A stretch of DNA of 64,000 nt from an uncultured candidatus Porisulfidus sp. (GCA_965215125.1 OZ244052.1:2144001-2208000), one strand, 5' to 3'; positions 21,814 to 34,011 are shown, counted from the stretch's first letter. Notes: generated by a model not told the origin, from the letters alone. Program-made: numbers and translations.

Positions 21814-22518
21814 ATGGATAAGCCTGTGCCTCGGCATGTCGCGATTATCATGGACGGTAACGGGCGATGGGCAAAATTTCTCGGCAAAAGCAGAATTTAC
21901 GGACACCGAATGGGGGTTAAAAGTACGAGGGAAGCCGTAGAACTCGCAGTTGAATATAAAATTCCCGAACTTACACTCTATACCTTTAGTAGCGAAAACT
22001 GGTCTAGGCCCTCTATGGAGGTCAACGCTTTATTAAAGTTATTCAAAGAAACCTTGGCAGCCGAATTGGAAGACTTGATAAAAAACCATGTTCGGGTGCG
22101 TTTTATAGGAGATATCTCGGCTTTCGACGAAATCATTAAAAGAGAGATAGTCAATGCCGAAAAAACGACCGCAAAACTCGATAAGCTACGCTTGAATATC
22201 GCATTGAACTACGGTGGGCGATGGGATATTGCAAATGCAGTGAGACATCTGCATGGTCAAAACCGAAAATTATCGGATCATTCAACGATACAAACAAAAA
22301 TATCCGAATATCTGAAATGCAATAGCGTGGGCGATGTGGATCTCATGATTCGTACCGGTGGAGAGTTTCGGATCAGTAATTTTTTGTTATGGCAGAGTGC
22401 CTATGCCGAATTATATTTTAGCGAAATTTTATGGCCGGATTTTCGCCGTACGGAGTTCCTCGAAGCATTGGATTGGTTTAGCCTCAGGCAAAGACGTTTC
22501 GGAGGTGTGCCGGATTGA
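21814..22518 (+). CDS. uppS: Undecaprenyl diphosphate synthase
   Basis: HVAIIMDGNGRWA, FSSENWSRP, RTGGEFRISNFLLWQ. Confidence 0.97.
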   Translation: MDKPVPRHVAIIMDGNGRWAKFLGKSRIYGHRMGVKSTREAVELAVEYKIPELTLYTFSSENWSRPSMEVNALLKLFKETLAAELEDLIKNHVRVRFIGDISAFDEIIKREIVNAEKTTAKLDKLRLNIALNYGGRWDIANAVRHLHGQNRKLSDHSTIQTKISEYLKCNSVGDVDLMIRTGGEFRISNFLLWQSAYAELYFSEILWPDFRRTEFLEALDWFSLRQRRFGGVPD

Positions 22519-23336
22519 TGAGTCGGCATACACAAAGATTAACGGTCGGTGTCGTATTATCGGTTGTTATAACGCTTTGCATCGTAGGCTTGTCGAGTTT
22601 GACAATTGTAGGTATTTTTGCATTGCTCGGTGTATTAGCCGTTTATGAATGGGGTCGATTGATTGCCGCTAGTCGCAACAAAAATAAACAACTCATCTAT
22701 GTATTTATAGGCGTGCTCGGCACTTTGTTTCTGGCATCGCCGTCTATTTATTACGATAATAAAATAATCTTGTATGTCGCTGTCTTGTGGTGGTTCATAG
22801 CACTTTTAATCGGCATTTTCTACAATGTTCGATTGTGTGCAAATGTAATTTTCAGGTGGTTTTTGTCGGTTCATATCATCATTGCCTTAGCGGCTTGCGG
22901 TGTTGCGGTTTATCTACTGCATGAAATGGCTTGGTCTTTACTACTCTATGCGGTGATATTGGTTATTGTCAGCGATACTTCGGCATACTATGTAGGTCGC
23001 CGGATGGGCAGAAATAAACTAGCTCCGACAATTAGCCCGGGGAAAACCAGAGAAGGATTCTGGGGTGCGTTGTTTGCGACGCTGATTTTGAGTTTATCAA
23101 CCGCAATTCTATTTTTGGAAAATAACACGCCGTTGAATGTGGTATCATGGATACTTTTGAGCTTGATCGCTTGTATCGCCGGTGTCATCGGAGATTTAAC
23201 CGAAAGTATGGCTAAACGGTGTGCCGGTGTGAAAGACAGTGGTAATGTATTACCGGGACACGGCGGTCTACTCGATAGAATCGATGCATTCATCGCCACA
23301 ACACCGGTTATCGCATTGGGCGTTTTGTATCTTTGA
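22518..23336 (+). CDS. cdsA: Phosphatidate cytidylyltransferase
   Basis: ISPGKTREG, KDSGNVLPGHGGLLDRID. Confidence 0.96.
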   Translation: MSRHTQRLTVGVVLSVVITLCIVGLSSLTIVGIFALLGVLAVYEWGRLIAASRNKNKQLIYVFIGVLGTLFLASPSIYYDNKIILYVAVLWWFIALLIGIFYNVRLCANVIFRWFLSVHIIIALAACGVAVYLLHEMAWSLLLYAVILVIVSDTSAYYVGRRMGRNKLAPTISPGKTREGFWGALFATLILSLSTAILFLENNTPLNVVSWILLSLIACIAGVIGDLTESMAKRCAGVKDSGNVLPGHGGLLDRIDAFIATTPVIALGVLYL

Positions 23337-23347
23337 AGGTTTAGTAG

Positions 23348-24580
23348 ATGGTGAGTTCGGGTAGCAGAAAAATTATCGTATTAGGTTCTACCGGTAGTAT
23401 CGGAATACAGACCTTGGATGTGATACGATCACACGCTAAGCATTATGAAGTATTTGCTTTAACCGCTTATAATTCCGTAGAAAAAATTGCCGAACAATGC
23501 TTGGAATTTAAGCCGCGCCACGCAATACTTTCCGATAAAAATCAGCTCGTTGAGTTACAAGCGTTATTACAAAAATATAAATTACACACCGAAGTGCTTC
23601 CGCAAACTATGCTCAACGATTTGATCGTTGACGGAGATTACGACACCATAGTTACGGGTATTTCCGGTATAGCCGGCTTGCAACCCATTTTAAGCGCAGC
23701 GCAGGCGGCTAAAAGAATTTTATTTGCTAACAAAGAAGCCTTGGTTGTCGCCGGTGCCTTGCTGATGCAAACGGTGAAAAAATATTCGGCAAAGCTATTA
23801 CCCATAGACAGCGAACACAATGCAATTTTTCAATGTTTGGGTAATAATTCAAAAACCGGCATAGAAGTCAAACATATTACGCTAACCGCTTCGGGTGGTC
23901 CGTTGTTGAATTGGCCGTTGGGTAAATTACATCAAGCGACACCCGAGCAAGCCTGCGCGCATCCCAACTGGGAGATGGGGCCTAAAATCTCGGTAGATTC
24001 GGCAACCTTGATGAATAAAGGATTGGAAGTTATAGAGGCGCGTTGGTTATTTGATACGGAATTATCGCGAATCAAAGTATTAATACACCCACAAAGCATT
24101 GTTCACGGCTTGGTCGAGATGAAAGACGGTTCGGTTATTGCACAATTATCAAAACCGGATATGCGTATTCCTATCGCGTATTCTTTAGCGTGGCCGGAGC
24201 GTTCTCCCGGTCAAGAGCATACGCGCTTGGATCTCGAGCAATGTGGGAAATTGGAATTTTATGCGGTTGATCACGAGCGTTTTCCTTGCTTATCTTTGGC
24301 TTACGATGCGATGCAAATAGGAGCCGGCGCGCCTATAGTCTTGAATGCGGTAAACGAGGAGGCGGTACGCGCCTTTTTGGGCGGTCGCATTACTTTTGAC
24401 CGTATTGCTACGATATGCTCCGAGATTATGGAAGAGAGTACTTTTGAAAATGCCGATCATTTAGGGCATATTCTAGAGATAGACCGGCGCACTCGTCATC
24501 TCGCTAAAACCTTTATAAACAGAGATAGGAGCAATGTCGTGCCTTTTCCCGATAGCCGCCCTAAACGATATATAATTTAG
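23348..24580 (+). CDS. dxr: 1-deoxy-D-xylulose 5-phosphate reductoisomerase
   Basis: LGSTGSIG, ANKEAL, PIDSEH, HPNWEMGPKIS. Confidence 0.97.
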   Translation: MVSSGSRKIIVLGSTGSIGIQTLDVIRSHAKHYEVFALTAYNSVEKIAEQCLEFKPRHAILSDKNQLVELQALLQKYKLHTEVLPQTMLNDLIVDGDYDTIVTGISGIAGLQPILSAAQAAKRILFANKEALVVAGALLMQTVKKYSAKLLPIDSEHNAIFQCLGNNSKTGIEVKHITLTASGGPLLNWPLGKLHQATPEQACAHPNWEMGPKISVDSATLMNKGLEVIEARWLFDTELSRIKVLIHPQSIVHGLVEMKDGSVIAQLSKPDMRIPIAYSLAWPERSPGQEHTRLDLEQCGKLEFYAVDHERFPCLSLAYDAMQIGAGAPIVLNAVNEEAVRAFLGGRITFDRIATICSEIMEESTFENADHLGHILEIDRRTRHLAKTFINRDRSNVVPFPDSRPKRYII

Positions 24581-24639
24581 CGATTTTGAAACGATTTACT
24601 GAAATATCGCTATAATATAAAGCCAACTAGGAAACTATT

Positions 24640-26007
24640 ATGGATTACATCATCGGTGCCGTCGGATTTCTAATAGCAATTACCGTGCTGATTGCATTTC
24701 ATGAATTCGGACATTATTGGGTTGCCCGCCGAGCAAATATTAAGATTCTACGCTTTGCGATAGGCTTCGGCAGGGCGATATACAGCAGAAAATTCGGTCC
24801 TGATAAAAGCGAGTTTATTATCGGTAGTATTCCTTTGGGAGGCTATGTGAAAATGCTCGATGAGCGAGAAGGTGCTGTGCCTACCGAGGCAGTGCATAGA
24901 GCATTCAACCGTCAATCGTTGGGTGTGCGTACTTTGGTCGTCGCCGCAGGACCGGTTGCAAATTTCATACTGGCATTCTTACTCTACATTGTGGTGTTTA
25001 TGGTAGGTTCCTTTGAGCGTAGGGTTATTGTAGGGGAGATGGAACCTCAAGGTGCGGCGATGACGGCCGGTTTGCAGAAAGGCGACGAAATTTACGCCGT
25101 TGAAGGTCGCACGGTGCAAGGAACCAGACAGACAATGCTCGCTATTATAGAAGGTGCCTTGGATAGCTCTCGTATTGCGATAGAGGTCGTCGGCGAGGAC
25201 GGTAATCGCAGGCAGCACACATTGGAAATAGATAGTGATACATTTATCAACGACGAAAGTCGCTCGGCATTCGAGAAATTGGGTATGACTTTGATGCGTC
25301 CCGAATTGGAAGCAATTGTCGGCGAAGTATTGCCCGATAGTGCGGCGCAACGATACGGTCTAATAAAAAATGATCGCATTCTTCGCTTTGACGGATTGCC
25401 GATAGAAAATTGGAGTCGGCTGACCGAGCAAATACGAGCCCATCCCGACACATCGGTGGAATTAACGATTCTTCGCAACGAACGGGAAGTGACGATAGAT
25501 TTTAGACCCGATGCGCAAGCACAAGGTAAGAATATCGTAGGTAAGGCCGGGATCATAGCACTCAGTTCACCGTCGCTGTTTGAACCCTATCGGGTTCATA
25601 TACGCTACGGTTTGTTCGATTCAATCACAAAGGCGGCGCAACAAACTTGGACGATGACGATACTGACTTTTAAGTTTATCATTCACATGATTACCGGCTC
25701 GGTATCGCTTTCCAATATTAGTGGTCCGGTAACCATAGCCGAGGTCGCCGGTGTTTCTTTTCTGCTGGGTATCGTGAGTTATTTGAGCGTGCTGGCGATA
25801 ATCAGCATCAGCATAGGCGTACTCAATTTACTTCCGGTGCCGGTATTGGACGGCGGTCACCTGTTGCATTACTTATGGGAATTTATCGCCGGCAAACCGT
25901 TATCTATGGCGGCGCAAGCTAAAGCCCAGTTGGTCGGTATGATAATGATCGGTTCCTTGATAGTACTGGCTTTGTACAACGATCTACAACGTCTGTTGGG
26001 TCCTTGA
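24640..26007 (+). CDS. rseP: RIP metalloprotease RseP
   Basis: HEFGH, two PDZ-like domains, NLLPVPVLDGG. Confidence 0.96.
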   Translation: MDYIIGAVGFLIAITVLIAFHEFGHYWVARRANIKILRFAIGFGRAIYSRKFGPDKSEFIIGSIPLGGYVKMLDEREGAVPTEAVHRAFNRQSLGVRTLVVAAGPVANFILAFLLYIVVFMVGSFERRVIVGEMEPQGAAMTAGLQKGDEIYAVEGRTVQGTRQTMLAIIEGALDSSRIAIEVVGEDGNRRQHTLEIDSDTFINDESRSAFEKLGMTLMRPELEAIVGEVLPDSAAQRYGLIKNDRILRFDGLPIENWSRLTEQIRAHPDTSVELTILRNEREVTIDFRPDAQAQGKNIVGKAGIIALSSPSLFEPYRVHIRYGLFDSITKAAQQTWTMTILTFKFIIHMITGSVSLSNISGPVTIAEVAGVSFLLGIVSYLSVLAIISISIGVLNLLPVPVLDGGHLLHYLWEFIAGKPLSMAAQAKAQLVGMIMIGSLIVLALYNDLQRLLGP

Positions 26008-26024
26008 TTAAAGGTAGGTAATAT

Positions 26025-28352
26025 TTGAAGCACATTTACCGATTCTTAACGATTACTCTAGTCGCTTTATGCGGCATTGCCAATGCCGATGGCTTCATTA
26101 TCAAAGATATAGAAATAAAAGGCCTCAAGCGTGTCGATGCAAGTAATATCTTTCTGGTACTGCCGTTTCGCATTAACGATTATTTTGATTTTTCAAATTC
26201 GCCGGAACTAATTGAATTGTTATATGCAGAAGGTTATTTCGAAGAAGTAGAACTGCGCTACGATAACGACCGTTTGTATATTATCGTCACCGAAAGACCG
26301 GGCATCGCTGCGATCTATGTAGAAGGAAGCGACGAAGTGCCCGAAGAAGCGGTATTGGAAGCCCTGGAGTTTAACGATATCGCCCCCGGGCGCATCTACA
26401 AATATGCAACTTTCGATAAAATCAAACAGGAACTTCGCAAGCAATATCATGCACTGGGAAAGTACGCCGTCAATATCAATATAGACACCGTAGCACTACC
26501 CGATAATCAAATCAATCTTGTTGTCCGAATCAACGAAAACGAAACAACTCGCATCAAAGATATTCAAATCATAGGAAATCGCCAACTGTCGGATAAATTA
26601 TTGAAGGACAATTTCCAATCGGGAGGCAAAAAATGGTATGAATTTTGGAAAGATCAAGATAAGTATTCTAGGTTCAAGTTGGCGGCGGATATAGAATCAT
26701 TGCAGGCTTTTTATCAGGATAGAGGTTATCTGGATTTTGCCGTCGAAGAAATCAAAGTGACATTGACACCGGACCGACGTTTTATCGATGTTTTGATCAA
26801 AATAAGAGAAGGACAACCGTATCGTATTAAAAAAGCCAATCTTGCTTCTGTGTCCGTACCCGAACGAGCAAAGATTATTGAGGTAATAAACGAGCATATT
26901 AAAGAGGATAAAATTTTTTCGCGTCAGGAAGCATTGAAGGCGAGTGCGAAAATAGGTCATATTCTTAAAGATCAAGGCTACGCATCTGCTAAGGTAGATG
27001 CTATTCCGCAACCCGATACCGAAAATGGTACGGTCGATGTTACTTTTTTCCCGAATCCCGGTCCGTTGACTTATGTGCGGCGTATTAATATACACGGTAA
27101 TATAGCGACCGACGGCGAGGTGTTCAGACATGAATTGAGACAGCTCGAGAGTGCGCCTTATTCGGCTAGGAAAATAGACCTTTCTAAAAGGAGATTGCAA
27201 CGATTACCTTTTGTGAGTGCGGTGAAGATAGAGGAAAACCCGGTTGAAAAATCAAGCAATCAACTGGATCTGAATTTTGAGGTAGAGGAGCGTAAATCGG
27301 GGAGTTTTAATATAGGCGCAGGGTTTTCGGATAGCGACGGTGCGGTGCTGAGTTTGCAACTGAGCCAGTCTAATTTTTTAGGCACCGGTAATCGAGTCAG
27401 TACGGTCTTTAATAATAGCAGGTCAAACACGCGTTATGCATTGCGATTTACCGACCCGAACTATACCATAGACGGCGTAAGCCGTACTTTGTCGGCTAGT
27501 TATAGTGCAACCGACTACGGGGAAAGAGATGTCTCTTATATAGATACCGATGAAATTAATTTGGGGGTGCATTACGGTATTCCTATCTCGGAAGTGGATA
27601 CCCTAGGCCTGGGTATACGGTGGGAAGAAGTTCGCTATGAGGATAGTCTGGATAGACGGTCCGTACGGAATCGTCTTGGCAGTTTGAGAGAATGTCTGGG
27701 CCGCCCGGAAGGCGAAGATTTCGAGTATTATGTGTTTAGGAATTATGCCGTCACCGCAGGCGTCGCTTACGATACTCGGAATAGTTCGCTATTCCCCACA
27801 GAGGGTGCGAGGATATCGACCAATTTAGAAGTCTACGGACCGGGCAGTGGTTTGAAGTATTATAAGGCGAATTATTCGCACCGCCATTTTTTTCCTTTAG
27901 ACGAAGACAAAAATTTTGTTTTTTCGCCTAGGCTGTTATTATCGTATGCCGATAAATACGGCAGCACACCGGAAGTGCCTTGCACCGACCGCTTTTTTGC
28001 CGGAGGAACCAAAACGGTTCGCGGTTACTTAAATAATTCATTAGGTCCTAGAGACTCGGCCGATCGCGCCGAGGGTGGTAATTTCAGGGCAGTGGGAAAC
28101 TTTGATTTGTATTTTCCCACCGGCTTTTTATACGACCCCAAGCGGCTACGCGCAAGTGTTTTTAGCGATATCGGGAATGTTTTCGAGGATTTTAGCGACT
28201 TTGACTTCTCCGAAATCAGAGGATCCATAGGGATTAATATGAGTTGGATAACTGCAATCGGTGCGGTTACTTTTAACTTCGCAACGCAGTATAATGACAA
28301 ACCAGAGGATAGAACCGAGAGTTTTCAATTCGATTTAGGAACTAATTTTTAA
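26025..28352 (+). CDS. bamA: Outer membrane protein assembly factor BamA
   Basis: POTRA repeats, GSFNIGAG, VRGY motif, C-terminal FQFDLGTNF. Confidence 0.96.
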   Translation: MKHIYRFLTITLVALCGIANADGFIIKDIEIKGLKRVDASNIFLVLPFRINDYFDFSNSPELIELLYAEGYFEEVELRYDNDRLYIIVTERPGIAAIYVEGSDEVPEEAVLEALEFNDIAPGRIYKYATFDKIKQELRKQYHALGKYAVNINIDTVALPDNQINLVVRINENETTRIKDIQIIGNRQLSDKLLKDNFQSGGKKWYEFWKDQDKYSRFKLAADIESLQAFYQDRGYLDFAVEEIKVTLTPDRRFIDVLIKIREGQPYRIKKANLASVSVPERAKIIEVINEHIKEDKIFSRQEALKASAKIGHILKDQGYASAKVDAIPQPDTENGTVDVTFFPNPGPLTYVRRINIHGNIATDGEVFRHELRQLESAPYSARKIDLSKRRLQRLPFVSAVKIEENPVEKSSNQLDLNFEVEERKSGSFNIGAGFSDSDGAVLSLQLSQSNFLGTGNRVSTVFNNSRSNTRYALRFTDPNYTIDGVSRTLSASYSATDYGERDVSYIDTDEINLGVHYGIPISEVDTLGLGIRWEEVRYEDSLDRRSVRNRLGSLRECLGRPEGEDFEYYVFRNYAVTAGVAYDTRNSSLFPTEGARISTNLEVYGPGSGLKYYKANYSHRHFFPLDEDKNFVFSPRLLLSYADKYGSTPEVPCTDRFFAGGTKTVRGYLNNSLGPRDSADRAEGGNFRAVGNFDLYFPTGFLYDPKRLRASVFSDIGNVFEDFSDFDFSEIRGSIGINMSWITAIGAVTFNFATQYNDKPEDRTESFQFDLGTNF

Positions 28353-28355
28353 GCA

Positions 28356-28880
28356 ATGAATATGACTATAAAAAACAACGATATACCTTTGAAAAGGTTT
28401 ATTTTAATCATAGCTTTACTGATCAACACGAGTAGTTATGCGGCGGGCGTAGGCTTCGTCAATATCTCTATCGTGATGCAGAAAGCCCCTCAATCTATCG
28501 CTGCGGTTGAACGCTTGGAAGCGGAGTTTGACAAAAAAGATGCCCAATTATTGGAGCTGGAAGACGATATCAGAAAAGGTGAAATTTTACTCCGACGCTC
28601 GTCGCGTACTATGGACGAGGAAAAAAGGGAACGTTTGCAAGCAAGGATTATTTCGATGAAACGAGAATTCAAGGAAAGACGCGAAGAGTTTAAGGAAGAA
28701 TTCAATAAGCGGCGAACCGAAGAGCAGGCTAAGATACAAGAAGAGGTTTTGGAAATTATCAAAGAGCTAGCCAAGAGAAAAAATTTTGATATGGTCGTAT
28801 CCGAGCCTATACTCTATGCCGACGATCAAGTTAATCTAACCGATCAAGTGCTGGATATATTAGAAAAACGAGCGCAGTGA
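28356..28880 (+). CDS. skp: Periplasmic chaperone Skp/OmpH
   Basis: Signal peptide, GFVNI, coiled coil, NLTDQVL; between bamA and lpxD. Confidence 0.9.
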   Translation: MNMTIKNNDIPLKRFILIIALLINTSSYAAGVGFVNISIVMQKAPQSIAAVERLEAEFDKKDAQLLELEDDIRKGEILLRRSSRTMDEEKRERLQARIISMKREFKERREEFKEEFNKRRTEEQAKIQEEVLEIIKELAKRKNFDMVVSEPILYADDQVNLTDQVLDILEKRAQ

Positions 28881-28893
28881 CGGTATCCCTACT

Positions 28894-29910
28894 ATGCCCA
28901 AGCGGTCTTATACTTTAACCGAGCTGGCAGAGCATATTAACATTCAAAAAGCACCGGAAGATATTAAAATTAACGGTATTGCAAGTTTGCGAGATGCGCA
29001 ACCGGATCAAGTTTCGTTTTATGCCAATCCCAAGCAACGAGATTTTTTGACTACAACGCGAGCAGGCGCGGTTTTGATCAAACCCGAGGATCAACACCTA
29101 TGCAAACAGCCGACACTGCTTTGCGATAACCCATATCTGGCTTTTGCACGACTTAGCCACTTATTTAGTACCGGTAATCGCTCGTCAACCAATGCGATCC
29201 ATCGAACTGCCGATGTTGCGACCGACGTGTGTATAGGAGCAGGTGTTTCTATAGGGGCAGGTGTGGCAATCGGAAGGCATTGTATCTTAGGCGACGGTGT
29301 TACAATCGGAACAAATTGCACGATAGGAGATTATTGTAGTATAGGAGAGAATACTTTGCTTAAGGCACACGTTGTGCTTGCCGATAAAACTAAGCTCGGT
29401 CGGCGAGTTATCATACAACCGGGGGCGGTAATCGGTGGAGATGGTTTCGGTTTCGTGCCGGACGGCAACGACTGGATCAAGATAGAGCATTTAGGTAATG
29501 TGGAAATAGGCGACGATGTAGAGATCGGTGCGAATACGGCGATAGACAAAGCAACTCTGGGTAGTACCGTTATAGGAAACGGAGTCAAAATAGATAATTT
29601 AGTGCATATCAGTCATAACGATGTCATAGGAGACAGAACGGTGATCGCTGCTTGCACCGGCATCGCCGGCAGTACTACGATAGGCAAAGATTGTAAAATC
29701 GGAGGTGCGGCAATGATCAACGGACAAATTAGCATTTGTGACGGCACGACGATAACACCGGCAACACGCATCCATAAATCTATTACAAAAAAAGGACACT
29801 ATAGTTCGGGTTTACTCTCTGTTGAACACGGTCAATGGTTAAAAAATAGTGTTTATTTCAAAAATTTATATAAATTACTTGATAATTTGAATAAACTAAA
29901 TAAAAGATAG
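28894..29910 (+). CDS. lpxD: UDP-3-O-acylglucosamine N-acyltransferase
   Basis: Hexapeptide repeats, GDGFGF, KIDNLVHISHN. Confidence 0.96.
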   Translation: MPKRSYTLTELAEHINIQKAPEDIKINGIASLRDAQPDQVSFYANPKQRDFLTTTRAGAVLIKPEDQHLCKQPTLLCDNPYLAFARLSHLFSTGNRSSTNAIHRTADVATDVCIGAGVSIGAGVAIGRHCILGDGVTIGTNCTIGDYCSIGENTLLKAHVVLADKTKLGRRVIIQPGAVIGGDGFGFVPDGNDWIKIEHLGNVEIGDDVEIGANTAIDKATLGSTVIGNGVKIDNLVHISHNDVIGDRTVIAACTGIAGSTTIGKDCKIGGAAMINGQISICDGTTITPATRIHKSITKKGHYSSGLLSVEHGQWLKNSVYFKNLYKLLDNLNKLNKR

Positions 29911-29920
29911 GAAGATTATT

Positions 29921-30376
29921 ATGCATTCATTTGATTTTGAAAAAGAAATTAAACATATATTGCCGCATCGATTCCCGATGTTGCTGGTTGACCGAGTCAT
30001 TGAATACAATAAAGGAAAGCGTCTGAAGGCAATTAAAAATGTGACCATTAACGAAGATTTTTTCAACGGCCACTTTCCGCAAAAAGCCGTTATGCCGGGA
30101 GTACTGATTATCGAAGCGATGGCACAAGCATCGTGTTTGTTGCTTCTGAAAGAAGCGTATATCAGAGAACAATCGATCGGCGAGAGTGGCGAACAGCTTA
30201 TTTTACTCGCCGGTATCGAGCGAGCAAGATTCAAAGCACCCGTGGTACCCGGTGATCAATTGATATTGGATGTAGTCTTAGAAAAATTTAAGAAAAATTA
30301 TGCCGTGTTTCACTGCTTGGCTTTGGTGGACGAGCAAACAGTTGCTGTTGCAACCTTGAAGTGTATGATGAAATAA
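29921..30376 (+). CDS. fabZ: 3-hydroxyacyl-ACP dehydratase
   Basis: LPHRFPMLLVDRV, FNGHFP, MPGVLIIEAMAQ. Confidence 0.97.
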   Translation: MHSFDFEKEIKHILPHRFPMLLVDRVIEYNKGKRLKAIKNVTINEDFFNGHFPQKAVMPGVLIIEAMAQASCLLLLKEAYIREQSIGESGEQLILLAGIERARFKAPVVPGDQLILDVVLEKFKKNYAVFHCLALVDEQTVAVATLKCMMK

Positions 30377-30400
30377 ACTCGGATTTGGGTAGTTTCAGCT

Positions 30401-31210
30401 ATGATACATCCGACCGCAATCATCGCCGACGATGCAAGCCTTGCCGAGAATGTGTCTATAGGTGCTTATAGCATGGTTGATTCCGGAGTTTCTATAGGGG
30501 CGGGAACACAGATTGGTCCGCATACGGTCATTAAAGGACCTACGCAAATCGGGTGTAATAATCGAATTTTTCAATTTTGTTCAATAGGAGAATTACCTCA
30601 AGATAGACAATGCCGCAATCCGACTCCTGAAAACAATGGTGGCTGTTTGACGATAGGAGATAACAATACGATTCGTGAGTATTGCACGATCAATCGTGGA
30701 ACGATAGAGGGAGGAGGGCAAACGACGATAGCCGACGATAATTTCTTTATGGCTTATGTGCATATAGCCCATGATTGTAAAATTGCCAGCCATACTATTT
30801 TTGCCAATGCAGCGAGTTTAGCAGGGCATGTAGAGGTCGGCGATTATGCGACGCTGAGCGGCTTTGTGATGGTACATCAATTTTGCCGCATAGGACGATA
30901 CGCATACAGCGGTATGGGTAGCGGCTTGAATAAGGATTTGCCGCCTTATCTGCTCGCTGCCGGACTTCCGGCACAAACACACGGACTTAACAAAGTAGGG
31001 CTGAAAAGAGTCGGTTTTTCCGAAGATGTTATACAAAAATTACACCAAGCCTATATGAAATTACTGCGTTCGCTCTCGGATTATAAAATTAATATAGACG
31101 AGCAGTATAAAGTTGCCGCACAATATCCCGATGTGAAACATCTGATTGAATTTATAGAAACGAGTATGGACGGCAAGCATCGCGGCATCTTGCCGAGTGA
31201 AAAGGGATAA
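30401..31210 (+). CDS. lpxA: UDP-N-acetylglucosamine O-acyltransferase
   Basis: IHPTAII, IREYCTINRGT, HIAHDC, HQFCRIG. Confidence 0.96.
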   Translation: MIHPTAIIADDASLAENVSIGAYSMVDSGVSIGAGTQIGPHTVIKGPTQIGCNNRIFQFCSIGELPQDRQCRNPTPENNGGCLTIGDNNTIREYCTINRGTIEGGGQTTIADDNFFMAYVHIAHDCKIASHTIFANAASLAGHVEVGDYATLSGFVMVHQFCRIGRYAYSGMGSGLNKDLPPYLLAAGLPAQTHGLNKVGLKRVGFSEDVIQKLHQAYMKLLRSLSDYKINIDEQYKVAAQYPDVKHLIEFIETSMDGKHRGILPSEKG

Positions 31211-31261
31211 TTATATCGTTGAGTTATCGCTCAAACACACATGATATAATACACTCCGATT

Positions 31262-31337
31262 GGGGCTATAGCTCAGCTGGGAGAGCACTTGCATGGCATG
31301 CAAGGGGTCGGCGGTTCGATCCCGCCTAGCTCCACCA
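31262..31337 (+). tRNA. tRNA-Ala(GGC)
   Basis: GGGGCTATAGCTCAGCTGGGAGAGCACTTGCAT-GGC-ATGCAAG...GGTTCGATCCC...CCA. Confidence 0.97.
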
Positions 31338-31371
31338 ATTAACGCAAGCCTTCACCCTATGAGCCGGTTCT

Positions 31372-32145
31372 TTAGGTAGGGTCTTGCGGTGAAGATTTAG
31401 CATCTTTGGTATCGCGCACGATAGGCAGATAAAGTCCTTGTCCGTCTTTATAGACTTGGATATTTAGCGTGTCGTCTTTTTCCACACTGCCGAGCAGATA
31501 AGCCATACCCTGATACACACCATCTAATTCATGGCAAGAATTGAGCAGTAGCTTCACGCGATACGCATTGTAATCGGGTGCAACGACGTTGATCTCGCCT
31601 TCATAACCACAGCCGTTGGTATCGGCACCGTTGATGTATCCGTTCTCACCAATCGTAAATTTCGTAATCGTAAAGCCGTGGTAATAAATCCATTCATCGT
31701 TTACTTTGCTTATTTGCGCATCCTTCTCGTACAAAGATTTATCTCGCTCTAGCTTGAGCGTGCCTGTGTCTTTGGCATCGTGTGTTAGAAAACGAGCTTC
31801 TATTTTGTCGGGTGCCACTACTTTGCCTTCGAGCGTCACCGAGTCGAAATAACCTCCGTTGGTTAACAAATACATTTCCATGTCGGAGTGATAAATATCG
31901 TTTTTGATATCAACCGTTCCTTTGTATGAAACTCTGGCATCGGGACTATAAGCGATCAGTTCCCCGCCTACATAAAGTGCATTGAATTTGAAATTTCCGC
32001 GACCGTTGATATCAAAATGTCCGTTCCATATACCGTCGTAATTTTGATTCTTTGTTTGATGCTCGGAAAATTTTCCGCTCGCCAACCACCAACCACTTAT
32101 GGCAATTAAGGCAACACCGATGAAAAGAATTATAAAACGTTTCAT
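31372..32145 (-). CDS. Hypothetical exported/membrane-anchored beta-rich protein
   Basis: 257-aa ORF, N-terminal hydrophobic segment, beta-strand pattern, two Cys (TNGCGY, LNSCHE). Confidence 0.75.
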   Translation of the reverse strand: MKRFIILFIGVALIAISGWWLASGKFSEHQTKNQNYDGIWNGHFDINGRGNFKFNALYVGGELIAYSPDARVSYKGTVDIKNDIYHSDMEMYLLTNGGYFDSVTLEGKVVAPDKIEARFLTHDAKDTGTLKLERDKSLYEKDAQISKVNDEWIYYHGFTITKFTIGENGYINGADTNGCGYEGEINVVAPDYNAYRVKLLLNSCHELDGVYQGMAYLLGSVEKDDTLNIQVYKDGQGLYLPIVRDTKDAKSSPQDPT

Positions 32146-32229
32146 ATCTGTTCAGGCTACTATCAATACCAGCGTCTATGTATACTAAATTATTAATTAG
32201 GACGGTAAGGGTAGAGTTTCCACCATGTC

Positions 32230-32293
32230 TTGCATTTCATAACAATATCATTGTATAATACACGGCTTATATATTTTAATGTTCTTTTAAAAA
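32230..32293 (+). promoter_or_regulatory. Putative sigma70 promoter and boxA-like antitermination element for the 16S gene
   Basis: TTGCAT-18 nt-TATAAT (32230-32259), then TGTTCTTTTAAAA (boxA consensus TGCTCTTTAACA). Confidence 0.6.
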
Positions 32294-32397
32294 TAGTATA
32301 GAAGATTTGTGTGGGCGCTTGCGTTGAGCCGATTAAACCCATTTTGCTTGGATAGAGCTTCGGCAAAGTCCGGCAAAAACTCAAAAGTTTTTAAATT

Positions 32398-33943
<1,546 letters not shown>

Positions 33944-33983
33944 GAGTATCTGCTTGATGCGAGTGTCCTCACAAATCTTCTAA

Positions 33984-34011
33984 GAATTATCTGCCTTAAG
34001 GCAGATAATTC
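33984..34011 (+). terminator. 28-bp perfect palindrome after the 16S processing stem; probable terminator
   Basis: GAATTATCTGCC-TTAA-GGCAGATAATTC; weak T tail. Confidence 0.55.

Noticed and set aside
29180-29760. Periodic ATAGG/ATCGG repeats in lpxD (and lpxA)
   Set aside because: Explained by hexapeptide left-handed beta-helix coding repeats
31262-32200. Genomic island integrated at tRNA-Ala
   Set aside because: No integrase and no duplicated tRNA 3' end found
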